DNA of 64,000 nt. Source: an uncultured delta proteobacterium. Lineage in GTDB: Bacteria > Desulfobacterota > Binatia > Binatales > Binataceae. The notes under the pieces were generated by a model that worked only from the letters and a program-made list of their open reading frames with translations, made no database searches and was not told the DNA's origin. A program made the translations under genes and the position numbers. Location of the stretch: positions 32,001-96,000 of the forward strand of contig CAVXXK010000003.1 of NCBI GenBank assembly GCA_963765675.1, given 5' to 3'. Below are positions 40,656 through 50,947 of this stretch, piece by piece. Numbering within the stretch: the stretch's first letter is position 1; every line of letters starts with the position of its first letter.

Positions 40656-40742
40656 CTCGGCACTTGCAAGCGCTCCCAAGGGGTCGCGCCCAAACGCGCA
40701 ATCCATAACCGCGCTAAACCAATCGCAATCGGAATTCCTGAA

Positions 40743-41882
40743 ATGCCATTAGTCCTGAACGACGAACAGACCATGCTCCGCGACAACACGCGCGGCTTTC
40801 TCTCCAAGAACGCGCCGGTCGCGCATCTGCGCCAGCTCCGCGACTCTCGCGACAAGACCGGCTTCTCGCGAGAGCTATGGAAAGAGATGGTCGCGATGGG
40901 CCTGTCCGGAATCCTGGTGCCTGCCGATTACGGCGGACTCGGCCTCGGCAACGTGGAAGCGGGAATCGTGATGGAGGAGCTCGGGCGCAATCTCACTCCT
41001 TCGCCGTTTCTCTCGACTGCCGTCATCGCCGCCAGCGCTATTACTCATGCCGGAAGCGAAAAGCAAAAGCGCGACTATCTGCCGCGAATCGTGAGCGGCG
41101 CTCTGATCGCGACGCTCGCCGTTGATGAGACCGCGAAGCATCGCCCGGAAAAAATCGCACTGAAGGCTACCCGCTCCGGAAATAATTTCGTGCTCGACGG
41201 CGAAAAAATCTTCGTCCTCGACGGCCACGTCGCCGATCTGCTGATCGTCGCGGCGCGCACATCCGGCGCATCAGGCGACCGCAAGGGAATTACGCTGTTC
41301 CTCGTCGACGCGAAAGCAAAAGGCGTCGCCGCCGAGCGCATCGAGACCGTCGATAGCCACAACGCCGCGCGCATCCGCTTCAGCAAAGTGAACGTCGGCG
41401 CCGACGCGGTGCTCGGCGAGATCGACGCCGGATGGAAACTGCTGGAAGGCGCGCTCAACGCGGGTCGCGCGGCAGTCGCCGCCGAACTCTCCGGCCTCGC
41501 CGACCAGGCGTTCGCGATCACGGTCAGCTACCTGAAAGAGCGCAAACAGTTCGGCAAGGTGATCGGACAGTTCCAGGCGCTGCAGCATCGCGCTGCCGTG
41601 CTCTACTGCGATCTCGAACTAACCCACGCGGCGGTCTTGAAGGCGCTGCAAACCCTCGACGAATCATTCGACACCGCCGGCGCGATCGTCTCGGTCGCCA
41701 AGGCCAAGGCCGGCGCCACCGCGACGCTCGCGGTGCAGGAAGGCGTGCAGATGCATGGCGGAATCGGGATGACCGATGAATTCGACATCGGGCTGTTCAT
41801 GAAGCGAGCGCGCGTCGGGCAGGAACTTTTCGGCGACGCGAATTTTCACGCCGACCGGCTCGCCCGTATGAACCGCTACTGA
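40743..41882 (+). CDS. Acyl-CoA dehydrogenase (probable partner subunit)
   Basis: ERKQFGKVIGQFQALQH and VQMHGGIGMT present; lacks the SEP/GGT-E motifs. Confidence 0.9.
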   Translation: MPLVLNDEQTMLRDNTRGFLSKNAPVAHLRQLRDSRDKTGFSRELWKEMVAMGLSGILVPADYGGLGLGNVEAGIVMEELGRNLTPSPFLSTAVIAASAITHAGSEKQKRDYLPRIVSGALIATLAVDETAKHRPEKIALKATRSGNNFVLDGEKIFVLDGHVADLLIVAARTSGASGDRKGITLFLVDAKAKGVAAERIETVDSHNAARIRFSKVNVGADAVLGEIDAGWKLLEGALNAGRAAVAAELSGLADQAFAITVSYLKERKQFGKVIGQFQALQHRAAVLYCDLELTHAAVLKALQTLDESFDTAGAIVSVAKAKAGATATLAVQEGVQMHGGIGMTDEFDIGLFMKRARVGQELFGDANFHADRLARMNRY

Positions 41883-42607
41883 TGAGCGCGGGATTTCAGT
41901 CCCGCGGCTTCCTGGACAGCGCCGAGCTCTACGACGCGATCTATCATTTCAAAAATTACGCGCGCGAATGCGAACATCTGCGCGGCGTGATCGACGCGGC
42001 CGTTCCGGGCGCGCACACGCTCCTCGACGTCGCATGCGGCACCGGAGCGCACTCGCAATTCCTGAAAAATCATTACGCGGTTGACGGGATCGATCAGAAC
42101 GAAGATTACCTGCGCGCCGCGCGGCTGAAGAATCCTGCTGGAAACTACGCTCGTGACGACATGACCGGCTTCGAGCTCGGCCGCACCTACGACGCCGTCA
42201 CCTGCCTGTTCAGCGCGATCGGCTACGTCGGTACTCTCGAGCGCCTGAACCGCGCCGTTGCCGCGATGGCGCGGCATGTGCGTCCGGGCGGCGTCCTGAT
42301 CATCGAGCCGTGGCTGACTCCCGACGCATGGAAACCGGGCTCGCAGTTTATCCATACGGGACAACTGCCCGACGGACTCGTGTGCAGGATGAGCCAGAGC
42401 GGCCAGGCAGGGAATCTATCGGTACTGCAATTGCACTATCTGCGCGGCAGCGTTCGCGGTATCGAGCACTTCAGCGAGCGGATGGAGCTCGCTCTGTTCA
42501 CTCGCGCCGAGATGACGGCCGCGTTCGACGCGGCCGCAATGGAAGTCAGCTACGACAGCGAGGGCCTGATGGGCCGCGGACTGTACATCGCCCGCCATCG
42601 TACGTGA
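41882..42607 (+). CDS. Class I SAM-dependent methyltransferase (TylM1/DesVI-like)
   Basis: YDAIY, LLDVACGTGAH, DAVTCLFSAIGY, IEPW and GRGLY; coupled to the ACAD stop (TGATG). Confidence 0.85.
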   Translation: MSAGFQSRGFLDSAELYDAIYHFKNYARECEHLRGVIDAAVPGAHTLLDVACGTGAHSQFLKNHYAVDGIDQNEDYLRAARLKNPAGNYARDDMTGFELGRTYDAVTCLFSAIGYVGTLERLNRAVAAMARHVRPGGVLIIEPWLTPDAWKPGSQFIHTGQLPDGLVCRMSQSGQAGNLSVLQLHYLRGSVRGIEHFSERMELALFTRAEMTAAFDAAAMEVSYDSEGLMGRGLYIARHRT

Positions 42608-42612
42608 TCTGG

Positions 42613-43881
42613 CTATATGGCGACAGATTGCGCCGGCGGTGCGAATTGTTCCTGCTCGCGCTCGAGCGGCCGCACCCAGAGCATCGCGAGCGCGCACATT
42701 ATGAGCATCACAATGAACGCCATGATCGCGAGCGCGTAGCTGCCGGTCACGTCGAAAATTCTTCCGGTCGCGATCGGGCTCGCGAACGCGCCAAAGGTGT
42801 AGAACACCCCCGTGATTCCAAGCACCGAGCCGAGCCGCTTGACCCCAAGCGATTCGATCATCACCAGCGGCATCTGCACCGCGAATGCGCCCGCCGCGAA
42901 TCCTCCCGCGACGATATTCAGCCCGAGCGCAAGCACGTGCGACGCACCGAGCATCCCGAACATCCCGGCCGTCGCACCCGCGAACGTGATCACCATCGCG
43001 ATCCGCGCGCCGGCGCGATCGGCGAGCGGACCGCCGAAGAGCGTGCCCGCGGTCGTTCCGATCAGGTAGAGGCTCACCGCGGTCGCGGCGAGCGTGGGCG
43101 TGTAACCGATTCCGGTCAGGTACGCGATAAAATGCGCGCCCATCCCGGTCGTCAGACCAGCGAGCGCTTGAATCAGGCAGATTAGCCAGAACGATCGAGT
43201 CCGGCGCGCCTGCGCGAGCTCGAGTCCGGGCAACACGATCGGAGGCGCGGCGGCGCGAGCACGCGAATCCGCGTCGCCGTGGCCGCGCGCAATGTTGCGT
43301 GCATCAGCGGATTTGGTGGTCTGCACGAAAATCAAGATCGATGGAACCACGACCAGCAGAATCGGAAGCGCGAGCACGATATATCCGAAGCGCCAATCTT
43401 TCGCTTGAATCGAGTAACTGGCAATCATCGTCATCGCGGCTCCGCCAAGCGTCGCGCCGGAAAATGCGATCCCCATCGCGAGTCCGCGCCGCGCCTGAAA
43501 CCATCCTGCGATAATCAGCGTGATAGGAATCGTGGTCGAAGCACCGACGCAGATCCCGAACAGCCCGTTGATCACGAGGAACTCGGAAAAAGTCGTCGCC
43601 TGGCTAAGCCCGAGCCACAACAGGCCCACGATCGTGGCGCCGACGATCATCATCTTTTTGGGATTCACGCGGTCGGCGATCATTCCGATGAGCGGTCCCG
43701 CCGCGCCGCCGGTTATCCATCCGATCGAGACCGCGACCGAGAGCTTCGCGCGAGTCCATCCGAAGGTCTTGAGCACCGGGACAAAGAACACCGCGCCGCA
43801 ATTGATTCCGCCCCAGATGAAAAACATCGTGACGAAAATCGCGCCAACGATGATCCATCCCTGCCGTTCTCGAATCGTCAT
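42613..43881 (-). CDS. MFS transporter
   Basis: About 12 TMs; GMIADR and WFQARRGLAMG motifs. Confidence 0.9.
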   Translation of the reverse strand: MTIRERQGWIIVGAIFVTMFFIWGGINCGAVFFVPVLKTFGWTRAKLSVAVSIGWITGGAAGPLIGMIADRVNPKKMMIVGATIVGLLWLGLSQATTFSEFLVINGLFGICVGASTTIPITLIIAGWFQARRGLAMGIAFSGATLGGAAMTMIASYSIQAKDWRFGYIVLALPILLVVVPSILIFVQTTKSADARNIARGHGDADSRARAAAPPIVLPGLELAQARRTRSFWLICLIQALAGLTTGMGAHFIAYLTGIGYTPTLAATAVSLYLIGTTAGTLFGGPLADRAGARIAMVITFAGATAGMFGMLGASHVLALGLNIVAGGFAAGAFAVQMPLVMIESLGVKRLGSVLGITGVFYTFGAFASPIATGRIFDVTGSYALAIMAFIVMLIMCALAMLWVRPLEREQEQFAPPAQSVAI

Positions 43882-43960
43882 GCGGCTCCCCGCGCGAGCG
43901 ATCGCCCACGCGGACCGGATAGTAGCACGGGTCCCGCAAAGCACCACTCGGCGGAATCAA

Positions 43961-45502
43961 TCAAAGCATCGCTTCGATCAGACTCGGTCCCGGCTCCTTG
44001 AGCGCGCGTTCGAGATGCTTCACCAGGTCGTCCGCAGTCTCGACTCTCACGCCCGGCACTCCGAGGCCTCGCGCGAGATCGGTCCATCGGATCTCCGGTG
44101 GATGAAGCTCCGTCAAACTGCGCGCCTGTCGTCCCGGCTCGGCGTTGCCCGCACGCGCCGCCTCGATCTGCAAAATCCGGTAGGCGCGATTCGAGCAGAC
44201 GATCGTCGTGACATTCAATTGCTCGCGCGCCTGCGTCCACAGCGCCTGCACGGTGTACATCCCGCTGCCGTCGGCTTGCAGAGCGATCACGCGCCGATCG
44301 GGGCACGCTACCGCCGCGCCCGTCGCGGTCGGGAAACCCTGCCCTATCGCGCCTCCAGTGAGCGCGAGGCACGTATGCGGCCGCGCGAAGGCGGCCATCG
44401 CGCCGTAGGGACCCCCCGAGGTCGCGCCTTCATCGACGACTATTGCGCCATCAGGCTGAAGCGCGGCGAGTGCTGCGCCGAGGCTAGCCGGATTGAGCTT
44501 CCCGCTCGGCATGGCGGGACGTTTCGCGGTGGGCACCTGAGCATCGGCCGACGCGCCGAGAGCGCGCGCGAGCTCGTCGAGCGCGCCTGCGATATCTTCC
44601 TCGGGCCGAGCGAGCGTCTCGAGCTCACAACCCTCGGGAACAAGCCGGCTCGGGATTCCCCGATAGCCGAAGAACGCGACCGGATCTTTCGCACCCGCAA
44701 GCACGACAAATTCGTTTCCGGTCAGCGCCTTGATCGCCTGCTCGGGAAAATACGGCAGACGCTCGGGTGACGGAATTCCCGCGCCGCGCTCGATTCGCGC
44801 GGCGAACGTTTCAACCATCAACTTGCATCCGCTCGCCGCCGAAACGCGCGCGGCGGCACGCAGTCCCTTCTCGGACAGCGCTGCGCCGCCAAGGAGGATC
44901 GTGAGGGGGCGCTTGCGCCGCAGAAATTCCGCGATACGCTCGATCGTCTGTCCCGCCACCGCCTCTCGCCCCACGGGAACTCGGGGCTGCGCCGGGCTCT
45001 CGGCCGGATCCCACTGGCAATCGGAGGGAACGATCAGCGTCGCGACCTGGCCCGGCGGCTTGAGCGAGGCCGCGATCGCGTCGGCCACGTCGCCGGCGAG
45101 CGCGAGCGCCGACCTGCACGAGCGCACCCATCCGGACATCGGCGAGGCGAGCGACACGATATCGCTAGCGAGCGGAGCATCGGCGAACGCATGCCAGGTG
45201 GCGTGATCGCCGACCACGTTCACGAGCGGAGTATTCGCGCGCCGCGCGTTGTGCAGATTAGCCAGTCCGTTGGCGAGGCCAGGCCCGAGATGCAACAGCG
45301 TCATCGCGGGTTTGCCGCTCATCCGTGCGTATCCGTCCGCGGCTCCGGTGCACACGCCCTCGAACAGCGCGAGCACCGCACGCATCCCGGGCGCGGAATC
45401 GAGCGCGGCTACCAGCGGCATCTCGGTCGTTCCAGGATTGGCGAAGCAGACGCCCACGCCGGCCGCGACCGCTGTGCGAATCAGGCTCTCTGCGCCGTTC
45501 AT
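43961..45502 (-). CDS. ThDP-dependent enzyme (acetolactate synthase large subunit-like)
   Basis: FANPGTTE, GAADGYAR, GGAIGQG and ADGSGMY...N motifs. Confidence 0.92.
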   Translation of the reverse strand: MNGAESLIRTAVAAGVGVCFANPGTTEMPLVAALDSAPGMRAVLALFEGVCTGAADGYARMSGKPAMTLLHLGPGLANGLANLHNARRANTPLVNVVGDHATWHAFADAPLASDIVSLASPMSGWVRSCRSALALAGDVADAIAASLKPPGQVATLIVPSDCQWDPAESPAQPRVPVGREAVAGQTIERIAEFLRRKRPLTILLGGAALSEKGLRAAARVSAASGCKLMVETFAARIERGAGIPSPERLPYFPEQAIKALTGNEFVVLAGAKDPVAFFGYRGIPSRLVPEGCELETLARPEEDIAGALDELARALGASADAQVPTAKRPAMPSGKLNPASLGAALAALQPDGAIVVDEGATSGGPYGAMAAFARPHTCLALTGGAIGQGFPTATGAAVACPDRRVIALQADGSGMYTVQALWTQAREQLNVTTIVCSNRAYRILQIEAARAGNAEPGRQARSLTELHPPEIRWTDLARGLGVPGVRVETADDLVKHLERALKEPGPSLIEAML

Positions 45503-46350
45503 CAGTCTTCGCTCCTTCGCGAATCCGAGCCCAGCGCGACGCGCCTGACTTCGGCGGTGTCGCTGCCGAGATGGCCCACCTGATGCGCGGGTGCCGGAGC
45601 CTCGACCACGCGGTTTGCGAGCCGTCCGAGTCCGGTAACTTCGACCTCGACCAGGTCTCCGACGTTCATTGGGCGCGAGTTCTTAGGCGTGCCGGAAAGA
45701 ATCACGTCGCCGGGAAGCAGAGTGATATACCTGCACAGGTCGGCGAGTATATAGTCAATTGGAAATAGCATTTCCGATACAGGCCCGTCCTGAACTATAT
45801 TTCCGTTGATATAGGTATGTACTGATGATTTGCGGATATCGACGCCACTGACGATTCCGGGACCGATCGGGCAGAAACCGTCCTGCCCCTTGACCCGCAG
45901 CATCGAGCCGGCGTCGGTGCCGCGAAAGTCCTGGCATCCGACGTCGTTGGCGGGCGCGAAGCCGGCGATATAGTCCCACGCGTCGGCGCGGCCGACGTTG
46001 CGCATCGGCTTGCCGATAATCACCGCAACCTCGCCTTCGTAGTTGAGGTACTTGGTCCCGACCGGACGACTGAGCGAGCCGCGGTGCGAGTTCAGTGCGG
46101 TGACGGGCTTCTGGAAGTAGGTCGGCGTTTCGATCGCGGGTGCGCGGAATTCCACCCGCCGCGATTCGTAATTCAGATGGATGCAAAGAATCTTGCTCGG
46201 ATCGCAGGGTGGTAGATAGGTCGCCTCGGCATCGGCGATCGTGCGCCCGTCGCCGAGAATCAGGCGGTCATGCTCGGGCCGCACCCATTTTGGCTGTCCC
46301 TCGTGCAACACGCGGCGCCATTCCTGGCGCGGCCCATCGAGTACGCTCAT
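45502..46350 (-). CDS. Fumarylacetoacetate hydrolase family protein
   Basis: YEGE, AND, KGQDGFCPIGP and TLLPGDVILSGTP motifs. Confidence 0.92.
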   Translation of the reverse strand: MSVLDGPRQEWRRVLHEGQPKWVRPEHDRLILGDGRTIADAEATYLPPCDPSKILCIHLNYESRRVEFRAPAIETPTYFQKPVTALNSHRGSLSRPVGTKYLNYEGEVAVIIGKPMRNVGRADAWDYIAGFAPANDVGCQDFRGTDAGSMLRVKGQDGFCPIGPGIVSGVDIRKSSVHTYINGNIVQDGPVSEMLFPIDYILADLCRYITLLPGDVILSGTPKNSRPMNVGDLVEVEVTGLGRLANRVVEAPAPAHQVGHLGSDTAEVRRVALGSDSRRSED

Positions 46351-47012
46351 TTCTTTTTCTCCTGCCGGCTCTCGTGCGCTGTCTTGCGATCGTTCATGAT
46401 TCCGACGAGCTGCATTTCGATCATCTGCCGAAGCGATGGACTTTGTCCACCGGGCGACGGCGCGCCGCCACCAAGCCATATGACCATAAACGAGAAGTAG
46501 AGCGCGAACAGGTTGAACCCGAGCAACGCCGCGTCGACGCTCGCCGCAATTTCGCCTCGGCGCTGCGCACGTTCGATCAGCTCCTTCATTTTCGTGAAGT
46601 AGCTGGCCATCACCGCGTCAACGCCATGGCGCCCGTCGCGCACGAATGCGAGCTCGCGGGCGAAGATTCGCGACAGCTCGAGCTCGCGCTCATTCTGCGC
46701 CAACATCGCGTTGAATACATGCATCGCCTGACCGAGAAATCCAGACTTGGGCGCCGTTGCGAAAGCGCGATCGATCGTCCGCCCGAAGTCTTCCTGGAAC
46801 ACCATCACCAGCAGTTGTTCCTTCGAGCTGGCGTGAAAGAACAGTGTACCCTTGCCGACGTCGGCCAGTGCGGCGATCTCGCCGGTGGTGGTCGCCTCGA
46901 ATCCCTTGGCCGAGAATAGCGTCCGTGCGGCGCGGATCAGACGCTCGCGCTTGTCTTGCTTGTTGCGCTCGGCGCGGCCGACTTCCCGCAATCTCGCTGC
47001 GGCTGGCATCAC
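46347..47012 (-). CDS. TetR-family regulator
   Basis: GFEATTTGEIAALADVGKGTLFFHASSKE HTH. Confidence 0.9.
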   Translation of the reverse strand: MMPAAARLREVGRAERNKQDKRERLIRAARTLFSAKGFEATTTGEIAALADVGKGTLFFHASSKEQLLVMVFQEDFGRTIDRAFATAPKSGFLGQAMHVFNAMLAQNERELELSRIFARELAFVRDGRHGVDAVMASYFTKMKELIERAQRRGEIAASVDAALLGFNLFALYFSFMVIWLGGGAPSPGGQSPSLRQMIEMQLVGIMNDRKTAHESRQEKKK

Positions 47013-48073
47013 GATACCGCCGCGTCCGCATCCGGCGCCGCGCCGACGAGGCCTGCCTCGGCACGGATCAGTTCGTCCATCATGCGATGGAACTGCGCGA
47101 CGCCGCTATCGATCGCGATCGTCACCATCTTCGAATCGGGCGCGAGGTTGATATTACGCTGTTGGGCTTCGATCATCGTACGGTCCTCGTTGAACGCCTT
47201 GAGCCCCAGATTATAGAACGCATCGATAAGCTCCGCCTCCTTGGTCCACGGTCCGTACGCGAAGATGTAGCACGCACGATCGTCGGTCAGCGGAGTCACC
47301 GCCTGGCAAGTGAACTGGCGATGCAGCGGCTCGACCTCGCGCGGCTCGCCGTCCGGAAACATCCGCGCCGTGCCCTCCGGATAAAAATCCGCGCCCAACA
47401 GAAAGATGCCGGGGACCACAAAGTCGTAGGTCTGCCAGATATCGGTCCGTGCGTTTCTAATCGAGGCCATCATCTGGGACGGCCCGCTGCTGATCCAGTT
47501 CTGAACCCTGACGCCACGAGGCATCCGGGTAATGACCGGGCGCGAGGTGCCTTCGGGGGTCAGAGTCGCGCCGAGACTGTTTCGATGCAGGAATGCGATA
47601 TGGGAAAGATCGAGCAGGTTGTCATTAATAAGATTGTAGTTGGCGTTGTAGTCCATCCGGCCGGGCTTCATCGCCCATCGCGGATCGTCAACACCGACAA
47701 AGTCTGGTATCAGCCTCTCATCACAGGTTTGAGTATCGCCCATCCAGATCCACGCGACTGAGTATTTGTCCACGATCGGAAAAGACCGAACGCAAGCCTG
47801 CGGCGGAATCTTTGCCTGTCCGGGAATTTCGATACACTTACCCGACGGCGCGAATTTGAGCCCATGGTACATGCAGCGCAGAGCGTCGCCCTCCAGCCGC
47901 CCCATCGATAGCGGGGCGAAGCGATGACAGCATCGATCCTGCAGCGCGACCGGAGCGCCGTCGTCGGTGCGATAGATCACGATCGGCTCATTCAGCATCG
48001 TGACGGGCGTGAGCCGCCCCGGCTCGAAGTCCTTACTCCATCCGGCCGCATACCAACAATTTCTGACAAACAT
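47009..48073 (-). CDS. Rieske oxygenase (VanA/O-demethylase-like)
   Basis: NCWY, DRCCHR...CMYHG, DNLLDLSH..H and ED..MIEAQQ motifs. Confidence 0.9.
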   Translation of the reverse strand: MFVRNCWYAAGWSKDFEPGRLTPVTMLNEPIVIYRTDDGAPVALQDRCCHRFAPLSMGRLEGDALRCMYHGLKFAPSGKCIEIPGQAKIPPQACVRSFPIVDKYSVAWIWMGDTQTCDERLIPDFVGVDDPRWAMKPGRMDYNANYNLINDNLLDLSHIAFLHRNSLGATLTPEGTSRPVITRMPRGVRVQNWISSGPSQMMASIRNARTDIWQTYDFVVPGIFLLGADFYPEGTARMFPDGEPREVEPLHRQFTCQAVTPLTDDRACYIFAYGPWTKEAELIDAFYNLGLKAFNEDRTMIEAQQRNINLAPDSKMVTIAIDSGVAQFHRMMDELIRAEAGLVGAAPDADAAVS

Positions 48074-48217
48074 TGGGCACCCTCCTCCGCCAATTTGGCG
48101 CTGCATGCGCTCGATGTGATCCGGGTACCACAGAAACTTGACCACAGTCAACTTTGACCGAGGCCGGGTATTTTGGCTGCCCGTACCGCGTCCTGCTACC
48201 GAAGCGGAAAGCAAGAT

Positions 48218-48735
48218 TTAAGGGACGAGTGCCTTGGCGAAGAACAGCGCCTGCTCGTTCGCAGCGGGCGTTCCGAGATAAAGCGTTGAGTCCGCGCCGC
48301 ACAACTCAAATCCCAGCCGCCGATAGGCGCGGATACCGGGCACATTCAGATTGCTGGTCTCAAGCCACAGATTGAGCGCGCCTATCTGCAAACCGTGCTG
48401 CGCGACGCTCCAGCAACGATCGCGCTATTCTGAGGTTTCGATAGGATCGGTCAACATAGCGATGCCAAAGAATAGCCGGCCGCCGCGAATCCACACACGC
48501 GGCCATCGTCGATCGCGAGTTGAGCAAAATCCCAGGGCCGGTTTTCGTTTTTCAAGTCGTCGAGGGGAAACCGCTTGGTGAGCGGTTGCGACAGTTCAAC
48601 TTCGCGCAGCAGGATTCCGACGGAACTGCGATCGAGCACATATATAGTGTCCGTAGAAAAACTGATGTCCATTTTCGTGATTGCGTCCGCATCCGTTGGG
48701 ATTTGAGCATCTCGAAGTTCCATCATGCCAGTCAC
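48218..48735 (-). pseudogene. Streptothricin/nourseothricin acetyltransferase (Nat1/Sat)-like GNAT with two frameshifts
   Basis: SFSTD...PLTKRFP, then VDRSYR, then LWLETSNLNVPGIRAYRRLGFELCGADSTLY..EQALF, separated by frame changes. Confidence 0.7.
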
Positions 48736-48786
48736 CTCGATTTTTCAAACTGAGCTGGCCACATAAATCTCCGGTCACTTTCGCTT

Positions 48787-49107
48787 TCAGCTTCCGCTGA
48801 CAAACTCGTCCATAGCCGCGTGCCTGATCGTCAATATACGAACCAACTTGCGCGATTCCTCGATTTCATAAATGACCCGGTACACGTCGCTCTTCGCGCC
48901 ATGGAGCAGATGCCGCAACCGTCGTTTGGCCGTTTTGCTCTCGGGCGCTATGGGGCATCGGCGGGGCAATTGTTCGAGCGTATAGATAGCCTTCTCGATC
49001 CCGCTTAACCAACTGGCAGCGGCCGCGGAATCGTCCGCCGAGATTCGCTGATAGAGATAGTCGAGGTCGCGCTCCGCGCGGAGCGTCAATTCAACGAGAT
49101 ACGCCAT
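48787..49107 (-). CDS. RelE/ParE-family toxin
   Basis: AERDL..Y.RI, P.RCP, YRVIYEI and ILTIRH. Confidence 0.85.
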   Translation of the reverse strand: MAYLVELTLRAERDLDYLYQRISADDSAAAASWLSGIEKAIYTLEQLPRRCPIAPESKTAKRRLRHLLHGAKSDVYRVIYEIEESRKLVRILTIRHAAMDEFVSGS

Positions 49108-49381
49108 GGCGCCGGCGCACCTCGTTGAACACGTTGCTGGCCGAGCGCGTGCGTCCGTGGACGATGTCGTCCACGCCTTGCCGGACAGCCTCGTAAACGT
49201 CGGCGCGGGCGGCGCTGTCAAGCAATCGCTGATAGGACTCAGCGTCCTGCACGACGGCCTCGGCCTTGCCATTAACGGTCAGGACGACAGGCCGTTTGCT
49301 TTTCTTCATCGCCTTGAGAAATTCTCTCGATTTCCGCCGGAAACTTGTTAGAGACTGAATATCGTTCGTAATGTCCAGCAT
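49091..49381 (-). CDS. Phd/YefM-family antitoxin
   Basis: IQSLTSFRR...PVVLTVNGKAEAVVQD; overlaps the toxin start. Confidence 0.88.
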   Translation of the reverse strand: MLDITNDIQSLTSFRRKSREFLKAMKKSKRPVVLTVNGKAEAVVQDAESYQRLLDSAARADVYEAVRQGVDDIVHGRTRSASNVFNEVRRRHGVSR

Positions 49382-49401
49382 GACTACTCCATATTGAATA
49401 A

Positions 49402-49419
49402 AGCACCTAATTAGGTGCT
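49402..49419. promoter_or_regulatory. Perfect 18-bp palindrome, probable TA autorepression operator
   Basis: AGCACCTAATTAGGTGCT, 20 nt upstream of the antitoxin ATG. Confidence 0.7.
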
Positions 49420-49484
49420 ATCCTCATCGGAGCATTTTGTAAAGCGAAACCTATGCACGACATAGCGTCAGCGCAGTGTGCGGC

Positions 49485-50129
49485 CTAATCCGGATTCGGA
49501 GGTGGAAAGCAAGGCACTGTCTTCACGAGAACATAGTCGTAGGACCGATCGTTCCAATTGAAGCTGCCGGTTGGCGCGCCGAAGAAGGTGGTGAGCGACG
49601 CGCGATGGTCTTGCTGCGACCACGATTCATTCTTCTCGGGCGTATACGCCATATAGACGCTCGCTGCGGGCGGAACCTCGGGCGCGAGCGGAGGATTAAA
49701 TTTCATCTGCAGGAAGTTAACCGCGGGACGCCATCCGTCGGCGCCTGTGTCATCATCGACGATCGGCTTCCACTGGACCTGCTCGAGCCCGGCGTCGGGA
49801 CGCAGCTCGCGATACTCGGGGGCGCCGGCGGCGCTCATCCGCAACTCGATAACACCCGGAGGCTCGTGCTTTAGCTGGGCGCAGGTGCCGGGCGCAGAGT
49901 CGTCGGGCGCGTTGGGATCGTCGGGCTTCGGCGCTTCGGCGACCCGCATGATACTGGCGGTGCCCTGAATCATTCCGGACGCGGTCGTCTCGGCGCCTTC
50001 GACCATAAGCGGGTACATCTGGGCCGCGGCCAGAAAGCATCCTGACACCGATAGCACTGCGCCAGCAGCCACGAGAAGTATTGCGACGCGCGAGAGAACC
50101 TGCGCGGCGCGGCCAAGTTCCTCCACCAT
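49485..50129 (-). CDS. Hypothetical lipoprotein
   Basis: Hydrophobic signal ending VSGC. Confidence 0.55.
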   Translation of the reverse strand: MVEELGRAAQVLSRVAILLVAAGAVLSVSGCFLAAAQMYPLMVEGAETTASGMIQGTASIMRVAEAPKPDDPNAPDDSAPGTCAQLKHEPPGVIELRMSAAGAPEYRELRPDAGLEQVQWKPIVDDDTGADGWRPAVNFLQMKFNPPLAPEVPPAASVYMAYTPEKNESWSQQDHRASLTTFFGAPTGSFNWNDRSYDYVLVKTVPCFPPPNPD

Positions 50130-50244
50130 AGCCCGTCCACCCGGACGGAAGCATAGCACGGCACCGAGAGCGAGGCTTCGTGACCGACAGCTACCGCGAC
50201 GCGATTTGACAGCAGTGAAAGTGGGCCATAGGATTCGCGGCAGA

Positions 50245-50319
<75 letters not shown>

Positions 50320-50341
50320 TCCGCTATCAATCGAGTGAACT

Positions 50342-50947
50342 GTGAATGTTCTGATCAGACTCGCGACGGCACCGGATTGCGAACAGATCGGAGCGATATA
50401 CGCGCCTTACGTGCGGAACACCGCTATCTCTTTTGAAACTACTCCCCCCAGCGCGGATGAGATGCGCGAGCGGCTTCGCAAGACCATGGAATTCATGCCG
50501 TGGCTCGTATGCGAGTGCGACGGTCAAATTCTCGGCTACGCGTATGCTGACAAGTATCGAGCTCGCGCCGCTTATCAGTGGTCAGCTTCCGTTTCGATCT
50601 ACGTGGATTCATCGGTACATCGAAGTGGTGTGGGACGCGGCCTGTACACTTCGCTGTTGGATATTCTCAAGGCGCAGGGACTCTACAATGCATTTGCGGG
50701 AATCACCCTGCCCGATGTCGGTGGCAGTGTCGGCTTTCATCGCTCGTTTGGTTTTCGACAGATTGGCCTGGAAGAAGCGGTCGGATACAAGCTCGGCGCG
50801 TGGCATCATGTGAGTATCTGGCATTTGCTTCTGCGACCCTGCATCCCGAATCCGCAACCTCCAACATCGATAGGGGATGTGGCCAGAATGGACTCGTGGC
50901 CTGCGTTGATCTCCGCGGGACTGCCGTTTGCAAAATTCCAGTCCTAG
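50342..50947 (+). CDS. GNAT N-acetyltransferase (Pat/MddA/ArsN1-like)
   Basis: IYAPYV..TAISFE, GYAYA, RAAY, SIYV, GVGRGLY and VGYKLGAWH motifs. Confidence 0.88.
   Translation: MNVLIRLATAPDCEQIGAIYAPYVRNTAISFETTPPSADEMRERLRKTMEFMPWLVCECDGQILGYAYADKYRARAAYQWSASVSIYVDSSVHRSGVGRGLYTSLLDILKAQGLYNAFAGITLPDVGGSVGFHRSFGFRQIGLEEAVGYKLGAWHHVSIWHLLLRPCIPNPQPPTSIGDVARMDSWPALISAGLPFAKFQS

Noticed and set aside
43520-44770. 416-aa + strand ORF
   Set aside because: Antisense to the MFS and ThDP-enzyme genes; no motifs.
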